This document shows, in pieces, positions 31,354 to 44,602 of a stretch of DNA of 64,000 nt. The notes under the pieces are model-generated. The model made no database searches. It was given only the letters and a program-made list of their open reading frames with translations, and was not told the origin of the DNA. Made by a program: the position numbers and the translations under genes. Position 1 is the first letter of the stretch; every line of letters starts with the position of its first letter. The stretch is from Marsupella aquatica (Eukaryota; Plantae; Marchantiophyta). Location of the stretch: assembly GCA_973895155.1 (NCBI GenBank), contig OZ316898.1, positions 6,559,079-6,623,078 on the forward strand. The letters run 5' to 3'.

Positions 31354-34300
31354 ATGTGGAGCACAATTGCCAACTTCAAAGATAACCTGTCGCAGATTGC
31401 ATCAGATGTGCTTGAAACTGCAGATGAGCTTAAGAGGGGCGGATCGCAGGATGATTATGATGAGGAATTGTTTGATGACTCTCATGCGACGTCTCACCGG
31501 TCGAGCTACAAGGAAAAGGAAGCGGATCTCAAGGCTGAGGTAACGTCCTGCATTATTTCTCCCGTTTTTGCTAAGAGGCGAAGTCTATCAGGCCTCTCGG
31601 TCCCCATGTCAGTGTCGTTCCAACCCCAAACATTTGCGCACAAAATGTACTTCGTAGCAAGGAATCCTCCTTTTCTGTGTTAGATTCTCTGTCCATGATC
31701 TTTGATGTTTACTCAAGCCTGGATTATGCTTCTTATGAGCTGCAAGGGATTAGTATGGTCTCCAATTGAGAGTGAAGGATTCAAAACGTAGAGTGGTGTG
31801 TCCATTTGAGAATTGAATAATGCAGCTCAACGAGCTCCGAGGTTGCATTTTAACAATTTCACAATCTGACTATAACTCTCTGGCTATGTCATATCTGGTG
31901 TAAAGACGTTCAATTATGCCCCGGCGGCCTTGATGGGATGATTTTTGGTTTTAGCTTGGAATTCATGACGTTGATGGGCATTACAACAGGTCAACGTATA
32001 AGACAAATGAACCTCTGAATCTCTGGAGTATGACTGCTCTGTCCTCCGGTAGGATCTATCTGTGTCTAGGTCGTCAACTCGTGCATCTTCCGAAAACCCA
32101 GTCTTGACAGATGCAAGGATCACCCTGTGTCAACTCTGAACCTGCGTACTTGTGTTTTGTGGGAAGTATTCCTGGATTTTCAGGATCAGTTAGGGTCGGA
32201 TTCTGGCTGTGTCTGTCAAGGGAAAACGAATTCAGTTGTGAAAGAAGTCAGAACTTGTGGAACCTGGCAACTCCAAGTATTTGACACGAGCAGTTGTGCA
32301 GTTACTGAATTCTGGATACTGGACGGGAATGAGGTCCTGACAGTATTATATGCGCACATTTTCTAGTTGGAGTGGTACAGGAATGAAGTCCCCCGGCTCC
32401 AAGCTGCTGAGTCTGAGATCCAATCAACTTGCTTGAAATATCTCTCCGCTCTTAAAGACAAAGAGGTGAGTCCACTCGTATGGTTACTACCCACCTCTGG
32501 ACCTTTTATGTTAGTTTGAAGGTTGAGGCTCAAAGAAGGCCCCAATGACACGGCCTGGTAACAAGACTAGTGGGTCTCTCATCGCTTCAGCTTTCGTGAC
32601 ATCCAAGGTTTTCCGTCTAGTATCCGTAATATGCTGAGTGTCGTGATGGGCTTCTCCATATTCTTATCTGCCTTGGTTAGTGGACTATTTTCAGGATGAG
32701 TTGTTGAGATTACGTGACGGAAACGGAATTTTGAAAGATAAACTCTCATTGGCCACCTCTGAAAATAGTTTCCAAACTCACAATGATCGGGGTGAGGTGC
32801 AACAACTTCAAGACGCCCTGAAGGTTTGTTGTCTCTGTTGGTTTTATTGCAATGAATTCATCTATATGGCAATTTAGGAAGGCGTTACGTGTTGGGCTGC
32901 GCTAAAGCCTTCTTGAGTATCTTGGTACTACAAAATCTGTGTGATTCGAAGGGGATCGGAGATCCATCTCAGACTTTTGTCCATGGTCCTTCTTTTCACA
33001 GAGAGTCTTTCTGTGCAGAAAGTGGAATCTCAGTATCAAATGAAGGAGGAAATTCACCAGGTGTGTTTTTTAACATTTAGCCAGAAGTCCACACGATATG
33101 AGATGATATTTTCCTTGGAAATATGAGATAATATTTTAGCTATACTCTCTCAGAATAGACCGTGTCCTTCACTCTTGAGTTGGTGTCTGTGTGATTGGTC
33201 TCTTGGCAATAACTCCTACCTGATGGGTGTGGTTTTGTGTGCTGTGGGCCTCTGTAGAAGCAAGTCGCAGATTTGCAAGCTGCCCATCAAAAGCAACGTG
33301 AACTTCTGATTGCACAACATAAGAAGGAGCTTTCAAATGTGGATGAACTCAATGGTCCAAATAACGCTTTAGAGGAAAAAGTCCAGCCATCCATACGCAA
33401 CGGACCTGTGCCACTATCGCAAGATGCAAAGGTCCAGAAATTTGAGTCAGAAATTCTCCAACTACAGCAAAATGTTAAGGTAATTGAGTCTTTTCGGTCG
33501 AAACTATGTGGAACAATTGGTCCTGTCTGTGTTGGGATATATCCAAAATCTTCGCAATTTATTAATCGCTGCCGCAACACTTCGTCTGCGTCAGGTTGGT
33601 GAGGACCTTATGAGCGCAATTAACCTTGGTTATACTTTTTTTTATTTTGTAGGAACTTTCAAGTCAATTGTTGGAGAAGGATAAAGTATATGGGAAGCTG
33701 AGGAGTGCTCATGATAGGTCCTTGTCTGAAGTCAGAAGACTGAAAGAGCAATTGTCCAAACTGAAGGCGGTTGCACTTCAGAAAGATTCCCAGCTAGAGA
33801 GTATGCTTCCGCTACATGTCTGCACCTGCAAGAACTAGTAATGGTTCTGAATAAAGTTGTCACTGATGTTGTTTGGATGTTTCTATCGCGTGTCCTTTAG
33901 ATCCAGATGTACTGAAGTACTGAGATTTTGACATGCTTGGACTCCCAGGGGATCATGAAGCTGCAGAAGCTTCTGCAAAAGAATGTGAGGTGTTGAGACT
34001 CGAGAACCTCAAGGTGAGGCCTTAACCAATTTTCCTTGTAATCCTGAACACGAAGACAATCTAACTGCGATATTTCTAGGCACAGTTTTCTCTGGACTCC
34101 ACTTAGCTTTATTCTAACGAAGGATTTACAGAGATTGTTACTAGCTATGTTTTTCATACTTCCTAAACAACTGTCATTAGACCAATGATCAAGTTATGGC
34201 TCAGTGAATGTGGGCATATTTTGAGGGGCACCCGATCAAGCACATCCACACGGAAGTCTTAGTGCATGGGCTTGAACCCGGGTCGAACATACGGCTGTCC

Positions 34301-37300
34301 CAAGCCTATTCGACCAAACAACCTCAAGCATTCCTTAGCTAGATCTATCATTCTATGCACAGGGAGCCTTTGCTGGGTCTAGAAAGATATTTGCGTAGGT
34401 TCACTATGCATTGCATAACTCTTGTTTTCTGAAATTTCAGGTGTCAGAGAAAGTGCGTGAACTGCAGAACAGTTTGGATGAGCTGGATGCTACTACTGGC
34501 AAAAGTATGAAGGAATTTGAGCTCACCATTTCTGATCTTGTAAGGACTAAAGCCGAGCTTGAGGTATGTTGGAGCTACTCACGTGATAGTTTACCAGAAA
34601 GAAAGCATTGAGATAGTTGTTTTCCCATGCTATTAAATCGGAGATGATGTAAGATCATAAGTGCTCTTGTTTGAGTTGTGTTGATTCAGTAAACGTATCT
34701 CTCGTCAATTTCTTCAAAATTAGAACTGATTCTTTAGCAGAGATGTTGGCGTTGTGTCAGTCTCGTTCCAGTTTTGCGAATATTTAACCTACAATAGCAG
34801 TGAACTTTGTTAGAGGAACTTTTCCCGTTTATCAAAATTCCGGGGTAGAAGTGATGCCAAGAGTTTTACTCAATATCCCGTATCGGTAGACGAACCACTT
34901 AATAGGAATACCTTCAACTGCACTCAAAAGAATATTGCTATTGTGAGACGAAGATACAAATGCTTTCTTGGTTGATGATGCAGGAAGAGAAAAATGGTAT
35001 CTTAAAACAATTAGAAGATCATTCCCAACGATCAATAGAACAAAATCCCACAGAACCAGCTGAAGTGGTGTCCGAGCAAGAGCTGGTTGCATTGAAGGAA
35101 ACTGCAACAGAGGTATGGCTGCAACGCTATAGACACTAGGGACAACATTCTGAAAGAAAGCTCGCCAAAGATAAATACGTAGTGTGTTTCAGTATGAAAT
35201 CGTCCACTCTCGTTTGGTCATATCCTATTACTGCTCGTGGATGTTTTTGTTAGTTATAATTCATAGACGACTCATAGTTTCTTGGCTTTGTGGGCGTAGT
35301 TTGGTACTAAATGGCTCTCCTCCGAAAGTTATCCTCAAACACAGAGAAACGCTTTAAGGTCTAGGTTCAGGTTTTGGATTAGGTCTCTATTTAGATCTCT
35401 CTATGAAATGCGCATGTCTTTGTTTAGCTTAACAAATATGGCGAAGTCTTGGTATTGAGGGTTGCCAGAAGCTGTAGAGGTTATTGCATGTTTTGTCTCG
35501 GATTGTCACGCAGGAAGACCTGAGGTGAATAGAGGGTACTAAGCTACGTACCTTGGAAAAGGTTGACAGGTTGCTAGAACGAGCAAAAGAAGCTGAAGAG
35601 GCCTGTGCTTCACAAAAGCTGGAATTTGAGAAGCAGCTAGACCAAGTCATGACAGAGCGAGACAAAGCAATCCGTGATCTGGGAAGGCTCAGGCAACACC
35701 TGCTGGACAAGGTGAGGTGTTATCGCAAACCATTTGTAAGCTCTGTTCGAGTCGTTAGGGTGTATAGCTTCGTCTTCTTCTGCTGTAGCTGCAGCACTTG
35801 ACCGCTGCAAAGGTGCTTCATTCCTCGCTTGTTCACAATATTATGTTAAATGCACATATATTTTGAAATTGACCTCAGGTTACACTACGCAGCAATCGTG
35901 GATCTTGTGCACAAAGGTTTGAGTGGAAGGAATACCTAGTATTTTTGGTTGCAAGATTGCAAGATACGGTTTTTCACTGACAAGGGGCCATATCCATGGA
36001 TATCTTCTCTTTCGCCTGTTTTTGAGATTATCTTGTGGATCCTTTTGTCACCCCTCACAGGAACGCGCGGATTCTGAGAAAATGGATCTAGATAGTGAAC
36101 AGATTGCAGATCTACAAGCACGAGCAGATCTCAGCACTGCTCGTGCTGTCAAAGCAGAGCAAGCACTTTCTGTAGCACTGGCTGATCTTAGGGAAGCCCG
36201 AAAACATAGCAAAGAGGAGTTGAGCAGAGCTACTGAAGAAATTGGAATTCTTCAGCAGAAGCTTGCAAGCTGTATTGCGGCTTTAGAATCGAAAGATGTC
36301 GAGCTATCAAATCTTCAGAGCGCTCTTGGCCAGTACTATGCTGAGAGCGAGGCACAGGTAAAGTAAATTCTGGTTTGGTGGTGAAATAGGTTTTGTTCGT
36401 GTAGAGTTGCTTCCTAGTGATCATGCGTTGGTGACATTCTAAAAGAGATATTGAAGTCATAATTCATACCAAGTTGGGTGTAGTTTTGGGTGTCATCGAC
36501 ACTGTTTTTGCAATTCATGGAAAAACTTTCTCGGATAACCACCTTTGATAGCCCCAGTCAGGACTAATCTTGCCAGAAGTGATGGATTTTCTCCCCAATG
36601 CTTTTGACACCTCGGTGAATCTCGTTGCAGGATCGTGTTTACTTAGAGCTGACCGCTGCTAAGGAGGAGTGTGGTACACTGTCTGAGCAGCTCAAGGTAC
36701 CCCATTCTTCTCCCCCGGTTGAACTCATGAAGAATTGAACGATGAAGTAACTCTCCGCTGATTTTAGTTCTTCAGCTGCTTATATGCGTTTTAAAGAATC
36801 AGGGTTATTAGTTGTTTCCTTTGAACACCCAATATTAGTTTTTAAAATTTTCCTTCACCTTCGAGCTCCTCCTGTGATTTTGCCAAGTCAATCGGAAATC
36901 TGAAATGCTGCCTTAGTTACTTCTGAGACTGAAACGAACAGAAAGTGTCCTCAGAGGTAGGGCTACTTCCTCGTTTTGCTGCTCGCTTTGATCACCCTAG
37001 CATCCAACCGATTAGGCTTGAAATAATGATGCAGGTGGTGTGAGCCATGGCAAGGTTACAAGGGTTTGTTTGAAGAAACTTCCAGCTCTTGTTGCGATTT
37101 CATGTTTCGCTGACACTTGTGCTTGTCTCACAGAAAGCAAACGAGACAATTGAAGTTAAAAATGCAGAGAGAGACGCAGCATTAGAAAAGCTAGCGTTGT
37201 CGGACACAAGAATATCTGAAAAACAGCAGAAAATGCAAAAGCTGGAAGAGGAAGTAGTCAGATTGCGGCGTGCACTGGAGCAGAGCATGACTCGCCTCAA

Positions 37301-38600
37301 TATTCTGTCATCTGATTCAGATTACCATGTGGACAGGTATCTTACCTCCTCTCTCATCAATTTTCAGGTTATCATGGCAAACGACTTGGTTGAACGTAGA
37401 TCCAGAATTTGTCGTTCATGACCAGCTTGATTACCTGGGGTTGATGCTATACACTCAAGTTTTCAAGGTTTTCAATGTAAAGTGCATAGGTAAGGTTAGT
37501 GAAAAGAAGGTTAACTGTAGTTGCTGTTACGGTGGGTTGCAGGCGGATTGTCATCAAACTCCTTGTGACTTACTTTCAAAAGAATCACAGCAGGGAGGTA
37601 AACTATCGGTCTCCACCGTAACTGGGAAAATTCTCTATTTGGAGAATAGTTGTTTTTAATTTTTCGCCTACCGGTTGTCACAAATTTCATGTTTCCTACT
37701 TAGGCCAATATACACAAGATGCTGATTCCTGAATTTTTGCAGGTGCTCGACCTTATGGTTCGTATGCTCGGATTTTCAGAGGAAGACAAACGACGAGTTG
37801 GTCTCGCTCAGCAGGTTGCTAGCAGAGGTTATGTACGTGGTGTTTTGGGTCTTCCGGGTCGCTTTGTTGGTGGGATTATTGGAAGCGCATCATCTGACTC
37901 ATTGTCTCTTCCTTCAACAGATAATAAGGTATTTTCTCATTCATGAAATGCACAAACGATTGTCTCATTTCCTTAATTTAATGATGTAAACTGTGGTGAC
38001 CTAGTTGCTCCTTGGATGTTCTTCAGATAGACGGAGAAATGACCCGTTTGGGTTGAATCTGCTGTGTTGGATGTGCTGTATATTTGGAGATTGTCAAGGA
38101 TAAACTGATTCATCTTTCGTTCTCTCTTCTTGCAGTCTTTTGCAGATTTGTGGATTGATTTCTTGCTGAAGGAATCCGAAGAAAGGGAAAGAAGGCAAAG
38201 AGCAGAGGCTATCGAGAGGGCAGAGGGAAAGGACAGTTCTGGAAGATCGAACAGTAACTCTCAACAAAACCCGGAATATTCTGGATATGATCCAAGCGTC
38301 TCTGCTAGGGGCAGTATTTCTATGCCTCCTTCGCCTAATCGAGGGACTGGACACAGGCCAAGTAACAGCTTTTCCAATTTCTCGTCCGCCTTCTCCCCTT
38401 CAAAAGAATTTTCCCCATCCCCATCTAGTTTAGAAATCCCTTCCGAAGGGCCAGCGTCTGCTAATGGTAAAGTTTTGATACCATCTCGAAGCAGTGATGC
38501 AATTGGGAATGACTTCGCAAGCATCCCTCTCAATTCTTCTTCTGCAAGCACAAATCCTTCCCCAAATCTTGCCCATCTAAAACTTCCTCCCAGAATCTGA
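31354..38600 (+). CDS. Golgin candidate 3/4-like (GMAP-210/Rud3-type coiled coil with GRAB and GA1 motifs); ~15 exons
   Basis: N-terminus MWSTIANFKDNLSQIASDV; coiled-coil exons (..DLGRLRQHLLDK; ELSNLQSALGQYYAESEA; LRRALEQSMTRLN..SDSDYHVDR); GRAB RIVIKLLVTYFQKNHSRE/VLDLMVRMLGFSEEDKRRVG; GA1 SFADLWIDFLLKESEERERR; stop at 38598-38600. Confidence 0.9.
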
Positions 38601-40788
38601 ATATTACAACCCCAAGTCTCAGCTAGTTTCTTGGAACCGTGTAAAACCCTGTACTTAATTGAAACCCCGGCTTTTAGGTTCATTTTTTCCTTAATACAAT
38701 GAGAAGAATCTAAATAGTTGGCTCATATTGAGCTGGACTTGGGCACTCACAGGGACCGTCAACGTGATGCCCTCATAGACCCTTGTTCTCTCCGTCTAGT
38801 TTCTGGCTGTATGGGAGCCTGGAATTCTTGTTCAGAATATCTACGTTGCTGAAGAGGGCATAGAAAAGCTTTTCTGTAGTGATAATTCTTCGACGAATTT
38901 ACATCAGCTTCCTGTGTTTCTGTAGATCTAAAGAGCAATGCATGGTTCTTTCTCCGACACGGGGCATAAATTTGGGAATTGACATTGCAATTGATGGTTT
39001 TCAATTGTGAATGGATGTGTTCCAGTGACGAGTGTTTTGATTGGAATGGCAATAGGAAGGGATTCAATCAGATCAAGCAATTTAGTTGAAATTGGCCCTG
39101 TTCCATTACAAGGCAGATCTTGCATTCTGAGTTTTGATTTGGACATTTCGCTACCTTGTGATTGACAATGTGTGAATTTTAGATTCTTAGTTTTGATTTG
39201 GACACTTCGCCACCTCGTGAAGCACAATGTGTGAAGTTTACATTGCAACTTTGAGAGAGTAAAATCGCTTTGGCAACTTGCAATCATGTAATTTCTTCAT
39301 TGGCCACAATAAAATTGAATTGTTGTGTGATTTTGATGATGGTCAACATCTGTAAATGAATCAAAACGCTTTCCTGCAAATTATACCAGCACTCTTCCGT
39401 TTATCCGATCCTCATTAGCAAAGACGATCTGCTTCGTCATTGAATGTCTAAACTTTTCTTGTTGTTGCTTTTTCCATTATCCTTTACTCGCGGGTTAATG
39501 GGTTGCCCATCTTGAAGCTAATGAGCTAGATCTTGAGCTTCAAGATGTGCAGTGCATTAATACACAAGTGACAGGATAAGAAAAAGTAACAAGCAAAGAG
39601 ACAATAGTAAAGAAGCACTGTTGATTTCAGATTGGAGCACATCTGGGTCCGCTACCACTATGAGACTGTGCCGAGGACTCTCTGCGACATCCAACCTTGA
39701 TTGTGCACTGGAGCATGGCACAGGTGTCCCAACTTCTCCCACGCCGTTGTAGTGGGATGATTTGGCCTCTGCCTCTCCCTTCGCCCGGCATGAAGGGTGT
39801 GCTCACTCCCGCTATGCCATTGTTGATTCCCCCATCGTCTGGCAGATAAGGAGCGACTTAATGGGATGGATTGATGGTCTTTTGCTTAGAAAGGGAAACC
39901 ACAAGCCACACGACTCGCTTGAGGGGACAACCCTCAATTATTGATCGCTCCGTTGTTTCGTCATCTTTTTGTGGGTAAATAGGTTTGCAGTCCGACTCAT
40001 TGTGTTCACTGACCTTGACATGCTGGTTATGTTTATTGCTAAATCCCGTGTGAAGCGTTGTTAGATAGGATATGAGATCTAGCCTCAGTGCCTATACCAA
40101 ACCTTGGTTTGGTCATGTTCAGGACATGATTGCACAGTGGTAGTCTCGGCTGAGGCGTATTAAGGTTCTTTCCCCACCGAATAGGGCTTGCGAGCATCTA
40201 TTTGGAGACATTTACCATACAAAAGCATGAACCAACAGCTGCCATTTCGATCAAACAGGTTCAATGTTTTTTGAAAACCTACGATCATCTCAGATCTCTG
40301 CAAATCGGGCTTCATGATTTTATCTGGCAGTGGAAAAAATCAAAGATGATTGCCATGAGTACCGCAGAATTCCCTGTCAGACGTAGTGTACTTGCAAATA
40401 AGTCCGACAGACATCGTGGCTGCTCATGGAATATTACTGTTGAACCTACCTTGAATGACAAGTTTAAATCTGGGACCCTCTTCAGATGACAAAAGAATTA
40501 ATAAACTCCCCTTATCGAATCATTTGGATGAATTGAAAGCAAAATAGAAACTACTAAGCCCAGCCATGAGTCCATAAGCTCGAGCCGAGAACAATGGCAT
40601 TTAATATCATGTGCCTTACAATAACCCATATGGACTACCACAAACCAGGCAAGAACTTCTTTAGGGTTTAGCCCGCCATTGCAAGAAAGGACAGAAACAT
40701 TTTTACAACTTCTGATAGAGCATGCAGGGGTCGATTGACTAGAATTACTACCAAATGGCGTCTGACTGATAACGTACGTGGTGTAAGC

Positions 40789-41731
40789 TCATTTTTGGGG
40801 AGCGTCTGCAGGCTCAAAAAGCCCAATCATGTGTCCGTCTATGCACCTCACCGCTGCAACCTGAAAAGATGGGCAGCCATCATTGATCAAATCGATTGGA
40901 AGCCAAAATATACTACCTGTGCACCTCCCATTCCGTAAAGTCACTCAAGTTCAGCTAGCAACAGGAGCGTCGTGTCCTAGACAAACGAGAAAAAAATTAC
41001 ACGCTGTGGTAAGAAGCGGACAACTCTGTAGATTCGACAATTTTAGCAATATTATAAGACTCGATGGGGGAAGAACTAAAATTGATGTCGAGATTGCAGA
41101 TTTCTCTCACGGCAATGCAGAGAGCTCTAGTAAATCTCATGTCAAGCGAAAAATGCCTGGGAAGATTAACCAACACAAACCTTTCCATAAGGCGGATACT
41201 TGATCGGGCCATCCAGTTCTGCTCCCATGGAAAGCAGTCTAGTCACAGTACTCTCCATGTTTGTCACGTTAAATGAAAGGAAGGGTGAGTTGCTCATTCC
41301 AGATGGCGTCCCACTGCACCCAAACTTAGATGTGAAAATGTGAGACAAAAGCTCCAGAAAATGGCTGGCATATTGGAACCAGTGTCACTATGTGTGTAAC
41401 TATTCTATGACAACAAAATTAATCACCATCTCGCCTGTGACGAAGCATAAAGAGAGACTGCTCATTTGCAATGTAGTAGCAACGGATGTTTCAAAGCAGA
41501 ATGTGTCATCCCCTGCATGGAAGGAACTAAGGCAAGGATGGGACATGAAGAGAATGAAGGACGAGATGAAAACCTGGGAGCCTGCATAAGAGCGATCTTG
41601 AAAGGACCAGAACGAAGCTCAGCCCATCGCTCAGAGCACACGGTGACTGCAAGGCCTAACCCGTGGGCATAGAACCTTGCTGCTTTCGGCACGTCCTTGT
41701 TCAGAAGCACCACATACTTCATCAGTGCCAT
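40789..41731 (-). CDS. Small glyoxalase/bleomycin-resistance (VOC) family protein; 3 coding exons
   Basis: Approximate exons: 41731-41580 (KDVPKAARFYAHGLGL..RWAELRSGPFKIALM), 41315-41181 (LSFNVTNMESTVTRLLSMGAELDGPIKYPPYGK), 40860-40789 (VAAVRCIDGHMIGLFEPA..*). Confidence 0.88.
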
Positions 41732-42129
41732 CTCTTCTCTGTTCTACCCGAGCAATGCGCCTCACAGGCCCTACCATCGACCGGCGAATGTTTCATTCAC
41801 GTCCCTGCTTTCATCACCCCCTACCGCCAGATTCACGAAAGCGAAGGAAATCTTAACTCCTTCACTTCAAAGTGTACAGTAGATTGGTCAAGAACAGGAA
41901 TCCGAACCAATAAAATCTTCTGCAGAACCGAAAGTCGAAGTGTCAAGTCAATCGTGTCCACAGCAGGAGGGCTTCCCGACAGAGCAACAGCCCAAATGCC
42001 AATGCACTCGAACGAACACAAAATCTGCGATCAACCCAGAACATCGACTATCCCCAGCTGACGATAGTTCTGCTCCGCCCATCATGGCGTGGGCCGTGAG
42101 ACCCAGACCCTCCCCACCAAAGAACTTAT

Positions 42130-42677
42130 GTACAACTTAGAGAGAAAGGAGAGATGTGACATGGGCACCAACCTCAAATCCACGAGTATAACTTTTGTAC
42201 AACTCAGAGAGGAGGAGAAAGGAGAGATTGAATATGGGCACGAACCTCAAATCCACGAGTATAACTTCTGGACAATTCAGAGAGGAGGAGAAAGGAGAGA
42301 TGTATATGGGCACGAACCTCAAATCCACGAGTATAACTTTTGTACAACTCAGAGAGGCGGAGAAAGGAGAGATGCGATATGGGCACAAACCTCAAATCCA
42401 CGAGTAAAACTTCTATACACCTGAGAGAGGGAGGAGAAAAGAGATGTGATATGGGAACAAACCTCAACTCAACTCAGAGAGCAGGAGAAAGGAGAGATGC
42501 GAGATGGGCACAAACCTCAAATCCACGAGTACAACTTCTGTACAACTCAGAGACGACGAGAAAGGAGAGATGTGAGATGGACACAAACCTTAAATCCACG
42601 AGTAAAAGTTTTATACAACTCAGAGAGGAGGAGAAAGAGATGTGATATGGGAACAAACCTCACATCCACGAGTATAA
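42130..42677. repeat. Tandem repeat, ~72-73-bp unit, ~8 copies
   Basis: acctcaaatccacgagt recurs at ~42171, 42244, 42316, 42389, (42460 partial), 42514, 42587 and 42657. Confidence 0.9.
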
Positions 42678-43888
42678 CCGCATTTCACAAACTGCCCCAA
42701 TGGCTCAATGGCTTCGAATTCTTTGCAAGCTCCCACTGTCTGATCGATCTCCCCAATTTACTACCCCTCACTCATGTCCCGTCCATCGAGCCTCCCCAGT
42801 GCCACGAGAGGACAAGGACTACGCAAAATTTGATGGACCTTCCACATCCTTAGTTTTCCTGCCTTCAATTACAATGGCATTAAAATATTGACAGAGAATT
42901 TGTGGAGAATTTTGTGGAGAAAGTGGAGAAAGTGGAGAACCAACGGTAAGGGTTGTAAACTTTCCAGAGCTTGAGGTCTGCTCCTTTAAAATCATAATAA
43001 AACAGACAACATTGTCAAGAAAACATAGAGACAAGAAAAGTACTTGTGGCAGGACAAGAGAATTATTTTAGATTCTGCAATTTAGGGAGTGGTAAGGGCC
43101 TAGGGAATTTAGATCCTGCAATTTAGGGAGTGGAATGCAATTGAGGGAGTAGAAAGGGCATAGCGAGAAAGAAAATTTAGATGTGCAGAGTGGTAAGGGC
43201 CGCCATTTAAGGACCCTCTACATGCAAGACTGCCTGCCCTAAGACTGGATGGACCAAGTGGTTTGTTTTGTTCTTCCTTATGGAATGTGACACACACTCC
43301 TTTACTTTCACTTCACACCTAAAACTGGTTATCTTTGGATGACTTCACTTTTGAGAAGGATGCCCAGAGTGGTTTTCCAGGTGTTCAGATTGAATGTACA
43401 ATGTTCAAATATAGTTGGCAGTTTATTTGGACAGTTTTTTTTCTCTATTTAAGATCAAATGTTTTCAACATGTTCTCTTATGTCCAATAGTTTAGCTGAC
43501 AAAGTTTCAGATTTTTAGCTGAGATCATTTGTTCCATTGCCAATGAGTGCAAAAATGGTTTACTATTGTACATTAACTGCCAACGTTCACTTTTGTGAAG
43601 GATGTCCTCAGTAGTTTGGGCAGGACCACCAACTTACCACTTTGGGGAAGGACGCCCTAATTACTCTGTGCATGTCGAGCCGCAACTTACCACCCTGTAA
43701 TCTACTGGAACCAGTTGCAAATAGTAAGAAGCATTATTACAGGTCACTAGTCAGTCAAACTTTAAGGAGTGCTATCCAAGCATTTTTTGATATTCTGAGC
43801 CAGGCCATCCCAGCTTTGAAAATCCATGGGGCCTCACAGCAAACCCCTTGGTCCATCCAGGCTTAACATTTGCTTCAACTTAGAAGTG

Positions 43889-44602
43889 AAGGTTATGGAC
43901 ATAAAAAGATATAAACTACCAAACTCATGATCTATAACTTTTTGTCATAAAGATTGATCATATGTCATGATCATAAGTCATTGTAGAGGCTAGTGAAAAC
44001 AAAATTCATTTACATAACCCCATGAAAAAGCTATGGCCAAATTCATCATTCATAACTAAGAAGCTTTGAGACACCTTATTTTAAGTGTACGAGTTTTGAC
44101 TTTAGAGCCAATGAGAATGCACTGTACTGTCACTGTACAGGGGCAAGGGGTGCCCCTAGAGTTTAACAGGGAGTATGAGGGAAAATCATACTCCCTACTA
44201 CCTTATTTGTGCACTCCTCATATACTCCTCACTCCCTTGAAAAATCTGTGATCTTATTGGCTCAAACATACTGACACACATGTGCCCCTAATGGTTTCAA
44301 ACCCTGTGAAAGCTCTGGCTGTCTGATTGATCTCCCCTACTTACTACCCTGACGTATGTCCCGTCAATAGAGCCCCCTATGGCATGAGAAGGAAAAGGAC
44401 TACTCGTCTCAAAGCTTCATACTTGCGGATGATGGCTTTTGGCGGTAAACAAGTGGTCATAGCTTTTTCAGAGGGTTATGAACACGGTTGTTTCTTTCAC
44501 TAGCCTCCACAGAGATTTATGGTCATGGCATATGACCAATCTCAATGCCAATATGTTATGGATGATGACTTTGATAGTCATCAACTTTTGTGTTCGTAAC
44601 CT
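43889..44602. repeat. Diverged long inverted repeat (arms ~150 bp; foldback or MITE-like remnant)
   Basis: 43889-44039 (..gattgatcatatgtcatgatcataag..gaggctagtgaaa..gaaaaagctatggcca) is the imperfect reverse complement of 44454-44602. Confidence 0.7.

Noticed and set aside
42089-42853. Overlapping ORFs with repeated MGTNLKSTS peptides
   Set aside because: Translations of the 72-73-bp minisatellite; the unit length does not preserve frame.
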